A DNA stretch of 64,000 nt from IMG/VR virus record IMGVR_UViG_2885360797_000005; one strand, 5' to 3'. Shown here in pieces: positions 9,054-20,000 of the stretch. Below the pieces are notes generated by a model. That model made no database searches, was not told where the DNA came from, and saw nothing but the letters and a program-made list of their open reading frames with translations. Within the stretch, counting starts at the first letter, position 1. Each line of letters opens with the position of its first letter. A program made the position numbers and the translations under genes. The stretch is from a virus. Lineage: Duplodnaviria; Caudoviricetes.

Positions 9054-11006
9054 TTATGCTGCAAGCATACGCTGTGCCTGCTGTGCGGCTTGCATATTCG
9101 CGCCCTGCTGTGCCTGCTGTGCCAGTTCGGGCGAAATCCCTTCGGGCATCTGACCCTGCTCCAGTTGTTCGCGTTGGCTCTTGATGCTCTGCAAAAGTCC
9201 GTCCGCAAATGGGAAGTCACCGTGTTCAAGCAACTGCTCTATGGAGATTGCCTGCGCTTTCCACAACTCCATCAGCATATCGTTCACAATTGCGCGGTAT
9301 GCAGGCGTTGACGTGCTTTCTACAATAGACAGGTCAAACTCAACGTCACGGATTTTCCGTGGGTCATACTCAACGATAGCCGAGTTCTTGCCTGCGATGT
9401 TGAACACTCTCGGAGTTTCGTAGTATTGCTGAATGTTCTTGACATCCTTTGTCGCGCCATCTCTGATGAACGAAGAGAACGTATCGAGCAGGTCAAGCAA
9501 CGAGGTTGTTGCGTTCTGCGCCTGCTGATTGTAGAGGCTTGCTGACATTCCCGAATAGCCAGGCTTGCCCTGCAATGCGCCGTTCACGCCCGATATGTCC
9601 TCAAAGAATTTCAGCTGCATATTCAGCAACTCGGTTATGCCTATCTGCGTGCAGTTGTTGGCAACCTGCTGTGGCAGGGCCGTGCCTGCCTTTGGCTGTC
9701 TTATCATTATCACGCCGTTGAACCGCGCCCACTCGTCTGCAATATCTTCTATTGTCATTCCTTTTGGCAGGCAGTCCTCCGGGAAGAGAAGCACACCCTT
9801 TGCACTCGCACGCATAATCCAGTCGTACATCGTGATGAGGCGGTTGGTGTATCGCTGTTGGTCGATCACGTTGCTGACTAAAGAATGAATTTCTCCGTCA
9901 ATGAACGGATACGCCTTGAAAACGTATGGGTGGCTCTTGTGTTCGTAGGGCGTTTCTCCCTCTTCCAGTATGTCGCCGAAAGGAGAGAGCAGATAATAAT
10001 ACCAGTAGGAGTCCATGAACCATTCGCACTGAATCAGAGGAACGTCACTCTCGTCCATGCCCAATTCCTGCGCCTCGCGCTTTCGCTCTCGGTTCACACT
10101 GCCGACAAATTCCTCATAGTCCTCCAGTTCGATTTTGAACACATCGCCGTTGTTTATATCGTGACAGCGGTAGCGAGGCTTGCTCTCCTTGCGCCACACC
10201 TCAATCACACGGCATCGGGTAATGTCGCGTGGAACGAGGAAATCATAGTATCCCTGCAACGGATGACCGAAAGATTCAAATGCCGCGCCCAATGCATTCT
10301 TGTCACGGGCATCTTTGTATATGTCCGCAAGACGTTTGTAGTCTGCCGGATTATGCGCGAACCGCTCACACAATTCTTCAAACGATACGTCATGCACCTC
10401 TCCGAGGCAGGACACGTCCCATCCTCGGAAGTCGCGCATATTGTTATCTATAAAGAAATTGTTAGGCTGAACATAGTCCGTCCAACAATCCAGTTTATCA
10501 TTGCGCCAGCCATACCACTTGCGCTGTACGACAAAGCCGGAGATTAAGAACTCTTCCATGCATCGGGCGTTAATCTCGGTCATGCGGTTGAGCTGCATAT
10601 TGCATTGCAGGACGGTTGACATGGTTTCGCCGTATTTCTGCTCGTCGCGGTCACGCGCCGTGCAGGTCGGCTCTTTGGCCTGACTGCGGTACACGCCCAG
10701 TACAGCCTGCACCATTCGGCGGATAAGGTTGTTCTTCAGTGCGACATTGCCCTGCGACTTGATGTAGTCCTCTTCCCTCATCATCTTGCCGTCAACGCAT
10801 ATCAAGTCATCCCACTGCCTGCCGTAGGTATAGTTCTTGTTGCGCTCTCGGTCTTGACGGAATGTCTCCATTGCCTGCCAATATTGTTGCGCTTCCCATA
10901 GAACATCAAAGGCTCGGTTGCGCCCCGTACTCTTGGCGCGTGCCACGCTGTCCAGTTCACTCTTGGGCATTACGCGGCTTGCTTTATGTAATTTCTTCTT
11001 TGCCAT
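9054..11006 (-). CDS. Portal protein (P22-like); start revised to MAKKK at 11006
   Basis: Y.GRQW, NNLI...V..V.G, IDQQRYTN, EDISGVN..LQG motifs and Gln-rich tail; -7 element lies just upstream of the revised start. Confidence 0.85.
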   Translation of the reverse strand: MAKKKLHKASRVMPKSELDSVARAKSTGRNRAFDVLWEAQQYWQAMETFRQDRERNKNYTYGRQWDDLICVDGKMMREEDYIKSQGNVALKNNLIRRMVQAVLGVYRSQAKEPTCTARDRDEQKYGETMSTVLQCNMQLNRMTEINARCMEEFLISGFVVQRKWYGWRNDKLDCWTDYVQPNNFFIDNNMRDFRGWDVSCLGEVHDVSFEELCERFAHNPADYKRLADIYKDARDKNALGAAFESFGHPLQGYYDFLVPRDITRCRVIEVWRKESKPRYRCHDINNGDVFKIELEDYEEFVGSVNRERKREAQELGMDESDVPLIQCEWFMDSYWYYYLLSPFGDILEEGETPYEHKSHPYVFKAYPFIDGEIHSLVSNVIDQQRYTNRLITMYDWIMRASAKGVLLFPEDCLPKGMTIEDIADEWARFNGVIMIRQPKAGTALPQQVANNCTQIGITELLNMQLKFFEDISGVNGALQGKPGYSGMSASLYNQQAQNATTSLLDLLDTFSSFIRDGATKDVKNIQQYYETPRVFNIAGKNSAIVEYDPRKIRDVEFDLSIVESTSTPAYRAIVNDMLMELWKAQAISIEQLLEHGDFPFADGLLQSIKSQREQLEQGQMPEGISPELAQQAQQGANMQAAQQAQRMLAA

Positions 11007-11031
11007 TGTAATTGGTATATTATGGACGGTG

Positions 11032-11074
11032 CAAAGATAACACTCTGCATCGTCCACAATCATTTAACTATTGC
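11032..11074 (-). promoter_or_regulatory. Putative late promoter for the portal gene
   Basis: Minus strand GCAATAGTTAAATGATTG-N17-TATCTTTG; overlaps an imperfect inverted repeat at 11024-11055. Confidence 0.55.
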
Positions 11075-14000
11075 TGTATGTATTCCTCTGCGAATCGTTC
11101 CTTCATTTTGTTGACCTGCACAGAATCATGAGCGACTTTCATAAGTGATACAACCTCCCGTTTGAGCCTGCGCATTTCTTCCTCGTATGTCGCCCGTTCT
11201 TCATCGGCGATTTCAGAGTCTTTTGTCGCTCTGTTCAACCAGTTGTAATCGGTTATATACTCATCCATCACATCATGCCTTGCTCCGTCTCTCGAATGTT
11301 TCAGAGCATCAAGAAAAATACTGTACCTGTCTGAGCCTCGCTCTGCCTCGTCCTCGTATTTACGCAAAAGGGTGTGAGTGCGTCTGTATTCCTCAAGATA
11401 TTTGAAGAAGTCCGAGTTTATTTTTTTCTCGGCGGTTCGTTCGTCTCCCATCTTGACAAGCCTGTTCACCAGAAGGATGCTGCTCGGGTCATACTCCCGC
11501 TCTCCGAGCATCGTCTCGCCGGTCTTGACCATCTTGTTGATTACATTTGAGTAGCCGCCGAAGTAACCGTTAAGAAGGTACTCCAGCTGCGCGGGGTTGA
11601 AATTCGCCCATCCTGCGGCATAGTTGTTCCCTCCGCTTGCCTCGTTAGCCCATCGGGATAGTTCAACGAGCTGAGTGTTGGTGCGTGGATATGCTTTTGT
11701 CCATTCGGGCATATTCTTGTTGAACGGAGTGTTTTTGTAGATGGGCAATCCTGTCCATGATGTATTTGTAGCTGTTTCCACCATGGGTTTAAACGCACTC
11801 GGAACGAATGCATGCAGTCCGCCTCCTCCCTCCATGAAGTCAAGAGGAAGCAGTTGCGAGAGTTGGGATGCTGTCTCTTTCGCCAGTTCTGCGTCTGAAT
11901 ACTCTTCCCTTCCTGATGTCACACTGTAAGCGAGTTCTCCAAGACCATAAATTGCCCGGTATTCAACCGGTAGTGGAATTGTTAGCCATTGTTCGCCGAA
12001 GCGGAACATCAGATTCGAACGGCGCGTGTACTTCGGTACGTTATAATATCCATTCTTATCCTCATCATCTCCGTCATCCGCCAGTAACGCCATTATATAA
12101 CCCAACAGCAAAAGTGAGGTTGCGGCTGTGATAGACTTGACAGGGTGCTTGCGGAATGCCTTGCCGAAGTTCGCCGTGCCTTGTATGGCAGCATTCCAGA
12201 ACACATAGAAACTCCTGCCGAGACCGGAAGTGAATCCGGCAGCTTTGCCTGCAAAAGTCTGTCCCGTTGCATCCATGAATTTGCTGCCAGCTCCCTTCTT
12301 GTTGAAATTGACGGATATTTCCTTTGCATCATACGCAGACCTCTGTACGTCTCTTCCGACCTCTCGCGATGTTATGAAGGCCGCGAATCGCGCACTGTTC
12401 TCCACTGCCCGGTTTATCTGGTCGAGGTTGTTGCCGATAAGACCAAGAATACTCATCGGATTCAGCTGCCCCCTGCGGGCCTCTTTCATTATTTTTGATA
12501 CAAGCTTCTTCTCCTGTTCAAGATTCCGCTGCAAGGTATAGCCGGTCTCACCACCCCAATGCATGAACTCATAGAACATTCTGTGCATTGGATTGCGCAT
12601 ATCAAGTTTATTCGCCTCATATAGGTGCAGAAGCTCGACCATGCGTATGGGATTGACCTTGGCGTGGTTCTTGTGGAATCTCATCGCATAACCTTGATTC
12701 TCCTTCACATGTACCATCGTGTTGGAATATATCAGGTCTCGGATAAAGTTCGACACAACAAAGTCGGGGTTTCGTGTGGTGTAGAGCTGGCTTAACTCCC
12801 GGTTGACGGTTGAGGCTATATTGAACACTTTGCCGATAGCACCGTTGAGGTCATTGTCGGGATTGGTAAGCCCGTTGACTGCCTGAGCAGCCCTCGGATT
12901 GCCGTTGATGGTGATGACATAACTCTCGCCGTTGCGTTTCACTACCACTTGATGTTCTTTGATATTGCCGTCAACAATACGATACGGTATGCCGATAGCG
13001 TCTCGTCCTCGCTTATACTTGTCCGGTTCCGATTGCGACAACGACTCCATGCGCTCCTCGAAATCCATCACAACTTTGTCTATCTCATCCGGTGTCATGT
13101 TTTCGTCCACATCGGCAAAGACAGGCTTCCATGTATCCGTAATTTCGTCATGGACCAGCCATAGTTTATTCACGCTTGCAAGGTCGCTCGGATGATTCTG
13201 AACATATGTGAGGAATTTCTGCTTCATGACGTTGCGGTTACCTTGTATGATACTGTTCTGCGCCATATAGGCAATCGTGGCCAGTGGGTCATCCGCCTTA
13301 GATTTTCGCCCTTCCGCTTTCTTTATTGGACTGCTGAACGCACCCTTTTTGCTTGTCAGATAGCCATACACATCATCGCTCGTCTTCTCGTCAAAGCCTT
13401 GCAGTGGAATGTAGAAGTTATACATATCTCGAATCTTCTCATACTGCGCCTTGCTTATCAAACCGCAATTATAGATTTTCTGCAAAGATGTTTTGGTAGC
13501 TTTGTTTACTGCACTCCACAATGCAGGGATATCTGTTGAATGCGCCGCCTCGTAATCGTCAACCATTTGCTGCGCCACGATTTCAGCGTTCTGCCAGTCC
13601 GTCTCTCCGGTCAGACCGCATAACCCGGCAAAGTCTCGCTCTGATTCTTCTCCATTGGCAATAGCTTCATTACGCATATAGGCATTACGCTCCAGTCCAT
13701 GCTTGGCCATCATATAGTCCAACAGCTCTTCACGTCCTCTTTTATCACCGGACATGCGAGCGGCTATATCAAGGAGAGGGCGCAGGATGCGATGTTCATA
13801 CTCGTCCATTTCAGCATGGCTCTTACTGCTCATAAGGTTTTCTGCTATGTATGCGTTCTCAAAACTTGACACATCCTCTATGTCGCGTTTTGCACCTTGA
13901 CTTTCCACGGCTTTGTAGAATTCCATAAGTCCTCGCATGGAATCCTGCATAGCCTCGGTAAACTGGTACATACTTGACTGTATCTGCTTCTCATACATGG

Positions 14001-17000
14001 CACGAGCCATCACCGGGACGCGCTCCACATAGTCAGCCCCGTCTCTGAATCTCACATCTTCGTCTCCGTCAAATGTCGGATTCTCAAAAGTTTTTATTAC
14101 CTTTGCAACATCTTCCAAGTCAAGATAGTCAACGTCAGCGAGAATCGTTCGCTGTTTGTCTATTAAGGCTTGGATTTTTTGTTTGTCTGCATAAAGCAGC
14201 TTCCCTTGCGAAATCCAGTTCAGCCATTCGGCGTTGTGCTTGGGGAATACATTTCTTACGCTGTTTATCTCCAGCGCTTTGCCATTGACAATCGGATTTA
14301 GGGAAAGTCCTACGATAAATTGCTTGCCATTGCTTTCAATTCCCACAATAATATTCTGCATCTTCCCCTTGTTGCCGTAGGCGAATACTGCCATAGGGGT
14401 CTGCAGTTCCTTCACAAGATTCCGTATCTCCGCCAAATCAAAATCATGCCCATATTCGGTTGCTTTGGCACGTAGTCTTGTGGCAGACATCTGAATAGGC
14501 AGATTGGGAACACCGGTGGAGCGTAAAATGTTACTTGGCATTCCTAACTGATAAATATGGCCGTCAGGAAGATTCCCATCAACCTGCCGCTGTAATTCTT
14601 TATTGAAACGATTGTTGGCGTCCTCAATTTTGGCAGATTCGCTCAACATAGCCTCGCCCCATCCCGTACGGTGACGCATAACGGCATCCTCGGCATCGGC
14701 GAACACGCCGCCTTTGCCCTGTTTATCGCGCATATTCTTCCATGACTTGAAGAGGATATATGAAAGGTCTTTATCGTTGAGGCGTATGCTCTTGGCAATT
14801 TTTAAACCGCTCAGGAATTTGTCCAGGAACGATTGAACCTTTGCCTTGATTTTACCCCAGAGCGTCAGTTCGTCACGGCTCATCTTCTCAAAACCCTCGC
14901 TGCCGATACGACCGGCGAGATCTGCCATATATTCCTCAGTGGCTTCCTTGCGGAAATCCTTGCGCTTTGCTTCGGCCTCAACTCGCGCCTCTGCCATGTC
15001 GGTGTAGTAATTGGCGTTCACATCTTTCCCGGCTCGCTCGTGTGCCTGTGCCTTGCGAGTGCGCAGGCGGTCGGCTTCCTCGCTCACCATTCTGTCGGTC
15101 ATCTTGTCAATGACTTTGCGGATGGGATTTGAGGCATGGTCGTAAATCTCGCCGAGGAATTCATCGAAGCGTTCCTCTCCTACGAGCGCACGCAGGCCCT
15201 TGTGTCCTGCAACTTCATGGACAAACGTATTGTCCACATCGGCTACATTGACGTTGTTAGGCAGGACGATGACAACCTCATCATCCTTTGCGCTCCACCA
15301 GCCTTTGGCACGCCTCTCTCTGCGAGTGGGGAGTGCATCGGCCTCTTCCTGCGTCCTTACAATACGGACTGGGGTGTTGGCTCTTGCCGACAGGTCGGCG
15401 ACACGCGCTTCTTTGGCTTCGGTCGATGATTCGTAAGCGTCAAGGTAGGCGCGTGCCTTTTCAAGACCTGCGTCCCATTCGCCTGCGTTCACTCGATCGC
15501 GCAGCTCATTGAGCATGGGTATGTCGGCTTCTGCCACGCTTCCGCTGATGTCACCGAACTTTGCGCCACGTTTGGCGAGTTCGGCACGGAGCATCGGGGG
15601 AACGGCATTTATGGGGAACGTAATCTTTTGGTTGCCCACGCGCTCCATGATGAGGTCTGCAACCTCGCTCCACGGAACAATGCGCCCCGGCTTGAAATAG
15701 CGCGACAGCATGGTCTGAACCTTGGTGTCATCGCTCAACTGACCGTTGACGCTTCCGCTGTGCCAGTCCATAAGACCTACGGAATCCTTTGCGCCCTCGG
15801 CCTGATAGCCGCTCGTTTCCTCGCTTTCGGGATAGTAACCCTCGACAACAAGAAGTTCGGGTCGGTCGTAGGCGGCTGTGAACTGGTCGTTGAGCGGAGA
15901 GGTACGGATATGGAAATATGGATTGTAGGCCACATCCCCGGTGGTGCGTCCGTTACCCTGCACAAGGTCGGCTTTGCCGTTCTCCTTGCGCATACCCTCT
16001 TCGCTCTGCTCCCAACGGCTGAATATCATCGGCGCACGCCATTCTCCGTTCTGCTTGGCGGTCATGGGTGGCAATACGCCCATGTTCGCCCACTGCGAGT
16101 AGCGGTAGCCTTTCTTCAGCGGCTGTGCGTCAAGGAAGTCAAGCAGTTCACGCTCGGCGACAAGGCGATACTTATTGCCGTCCCCTGTGGTCGGGGTGTC
16201 AGTGCTGTCCTCATCGGTCAGAGTGATGTCCGAAGCGGTTTCTACCGATTTGTCAAGTTCGGCATACTTGGCTTCTTTCTCTGCCAATTCTTTCTTCATG
16301 GCTTCCTCATACTTGGCAAGACGCTCTTTGGCTTCTGCCAGTTCCTGCTTGTGTGGGAACTCACGGCCGTTGCGCTGTTCAAGTTGGGTTCGTTCCTCGG
16401 TGTAATGAGCGAGTTGCTGTTGACCCCTGCTAAGGAGTTCACGGCTCTCTCTGCCAGTCACAATGTCCTCGGCGATTTTCTGCATTATGTTCTTTAGACG
16501 GTTGCCCTTGATGGCTTGGTCTTTAATGCCGAGTTCCTCGCAGGAATATGTGACATTGCGCTCCGGCTCAAACGTCAGAGTACCCTGACCCTTGCTGTCA
16601 ACGGTTCGGCTGACGGTCGTTGTGACCTCAAATTTCAAGCCGTCAACATCGACCACAAGTTTACTGGTGTAGTTGTCAGCACCCTCACGGACATTCTCGG
16701 CCGCCTCGTTCATCTTGGCATTCTGCTCTTTGAAGAAATCATCCATAGCAGCCACGCTGTCGAATGTGAGTTTGCCGATGGTTATCTTCTTGATAGTGCC
16801 GTCGGGGAAGTGTGAACCGATTATTTCAAGGTTCTTGGTTTCAATCTCGATGCGGCGTTCAGCACCTTTGATGAAGCCCTCAACCTTTGGCAACTGGTTG
16901 TGAACATAAATCTGATCGAGGTCGTGACCTTTCTGCTTGGCGGTAAGATTACGAACCTCGCGCTCGGCTTGATTCTTCAGTATGGCATACTCACTGCCCG

Positions 17001-20000
17001 AAAGTTGCGCGGTCATGTCGCCGAAAGAATCTTCTTCCTCTTCCAGTACGCGGTTTTCCATTGAGTTCTGCATCATCTTTGAGCCGTTCATGATTGAATC
17101 GGCTATCGCGCCTTTGGTTTTAAGACGCTGATATGCGGTTACGTCAAGGCTGTCCTCAACACCGAAACGGATAATGCGGACCGGTATGTCCATATCCTTG
17201 TGCAGGTTGCCCTGTCGCAGGGCGCGTCCGTTGCGCTGTGTGTAGTCCATCGGGCGGTTGGGCGCGTCCACATGGATGAGGGTGTGCAGGCGTTCCTGTA
17301 TGTTCACGCCAGTACCGAGAGTAAAGGTTGAACCCATGATGACACGGATTTCACCTGCGTTGACTTTCTCGAAGATGTCCAGTTTCCTCTTGACAGTCAT
17401 ACCCGGCTTGATGACAACTATCTGCTCGGCAGGAACGCCCTCGGCTATGAGTTTCTTGCGAATGTCCTCATAGAGGTTGAATCCGCTCTGCTTATTCTGA
17501 TAGTTGTCGGAGAAGATTGCGACTGTGCCTTTGTATTTCTCGCTGTCGCGGAGTGAGCGCAAGGTTTCGCGCACGGTCGCATTGGTCTTGCTGTTGGGGT
17601 CATCTTCGGCGTTGGGAACGACAAGGCGCACGTCAACGGCGGCTGCCTTTGCAATGCCGTACATCGTGAGCGGAATATGGCTGTTCTCTTTCTTCTCCTT
17701 GCCAGTCATATTGTCGTAGCGGTCAAGTTCTGCCTTGACGTACTTCATGACACTGCGCATGGCGCGGGTTTGCGGCAGGTAGATGTCCTGTGGCTTACCG
17801 CCTTCCATATCGGGAATCTTGTCGCTTACACCGCCTGCCTCGCGTGTGAGGACAGTATCGGCGACACTGCTCCATATACGCACGAGTTCGGGCAGGTTCA
17901 CATATCCGGCGAAGCGGTTGTTCTCTTTGAACTTGCCGTTGGTCGAGAACTCTACCATCTGCGCGATGTTGCCGAAGTTGCGGACAAAATCGTCAAAGTA
18001 GTAGATGCCGTAGGATTTCATCGTGTCAACTGGCATGAGATAACGCATGAACGTCCATATCTCGGCGGCTGTGTTGGAGATAGGCGTACCAGTCGCAAAC
18101 ACTACGTTGCGTCCGTTATTGCGCTCCATGACAGCCTGCGCCTTTAGGAACACACCCTGCGACTTCTTGCTGTATGAGGGGTCAACGCCTTTCACACCGC
18201 GTTGCATGGCGGTGGCGAAGCCGAGGTGCTTGTATTCGTGGGCCTCGTCCACAAGTATGGCGTCAATGCCCATATCGTCAAAGTTCTCCACATCGTCAAC
18301 CTCGCGGTCGAGCATTTCCAGTGCGCGAACCTCGGCGTTCTGACGAGTGGTGGCCTCGCGCTTCTCATCGCGTTTCTTCTTCTTGCCCTGCATGGTTTCG
18401 GTCAGTTCGGCAAGTCGCGCTTCCTGCTCGGCAAGTTCCCTTTCGGCTTGGCGAACAATCAAACTGCGACCGTCTGAATCAGCCTCGCGCATGGCTTCAA
18501 GAACTTTCATCTTCTCTTCGATGATGTCCTTGACGTATGCCATTTCGCGCTCCTCGCTGTCGGGGATGCGCTCAAATACGGACTGGGGAACGACAATCAT
18601 GTCCCAGTCGTTGTACTTGATTTTAGCATAGAAGTTCTTGCGGCCCTCGGCTGTGCGGTCGGCTTCCTCAATCGTCAGCACCTTTGCATTTGGATAGATT
18701 TCCTTTGCGCTCTCCACAAACTGACCGACTGTCGCGTTCTGAACGACAATCATAGGCTTGCGTGCTGTGCCGAGTCTGCGCATTTCCATAGCCGTGGTGA
18801 TGAGTGTATAGGTCTTGCCAGTACCTACCTCATGTGCAAGCAGGATAGGTTCGGTAGTTCCTCTTACCACGGCTCTGCCTTGATGAGGACGCAGGGCAAA
18901 GGGATTGCCGTGCAGCTCGCTTACTTGACCGCCGAAGTGCTGGGGAACGAACTCGTCCGGGATAGACATAGGCACATAGTTGTTGAACTGGTCGTTGTAG
19001 GTTTGCTCGATGCGTGCCGACATTGCAGGGTCAGCCTGCATATGCTCACGCGCCCAGTCCTTGAACTCTGCGCGTATCTCGTCAACTTTGGTGCCGCACT
19101 CGGCGGTGGCCGCCTTGTCGGTTATCGTTTTGGTTGAGCCGTCATAGTGCTTCTCGGTCTTGCTGACGGTTATCTGCCTGTTGGTGATGGCGGCTTCAAT
19201 GAGTTCGTGACCCATGATTGTCTTGTCACACATCTTGCTGACAACAGCCATAGCGCGGTTCTTCTCGTTGAATGTACTCCACGGAGTTTTCATGAACCAT
19301 GTACCGCCTGCGTTGGTGAGAGTGACGCGCAGACCAGTCTTTTCAAACACGAAGTCCTCATATAGTTTCGGCTCGATCCACGATGAACCCAACGAGAACT
19401 CAATGAGGTGCGCAGGTATGGTCATCGGCATAACTCCCTCAAGAGCCTTGATATTCGCGTCATACCTGCCGTCAGCATTATTCTCCTGCGCAATATGCAA
19501 TTTCTCGCGCACATTTCCCGAAAGGTATTTGTACGATACCTCCATTGTGCCGGTCGACGGATTTTCAAAGCCGGGTCCGCTTGACACGATTTCGCGCTTC
19601 ACCTCCTCGGTCGGTTTGCCGAGGGCCTGGCCGATATATTCAACATCAACACCGCCACTCTTGTATAGGCTTGCGAGGATAGCGTCTTTGATGGTGGTAG
19701 GCTGTGGCTCTTTCTCGGTGTCAATAACTCGGTGGCTGAAGATGTCAGTCTTGCCGACCTTGACAACCTTGTTGCCCTTCTTATCGCCTTTCTCGGAATA
19801 AGTTTCCAGTGCAAGGATGCTTGAGAAGTCAACATCGTTGCGCAGGAATGAGATTGCGGTGTTCTTATGCAGGTTGCCGTAGGTGCGTGTGAATGTGTCA
19901 AAGGCGCGGTTCAACTCTTTCAGAAGAGGTGCAAGTCCCTCGTCACCCTCATTGCTCGACTGGTATTCAAGCACATCAGACAACGCTTTCTTGATAGCCG

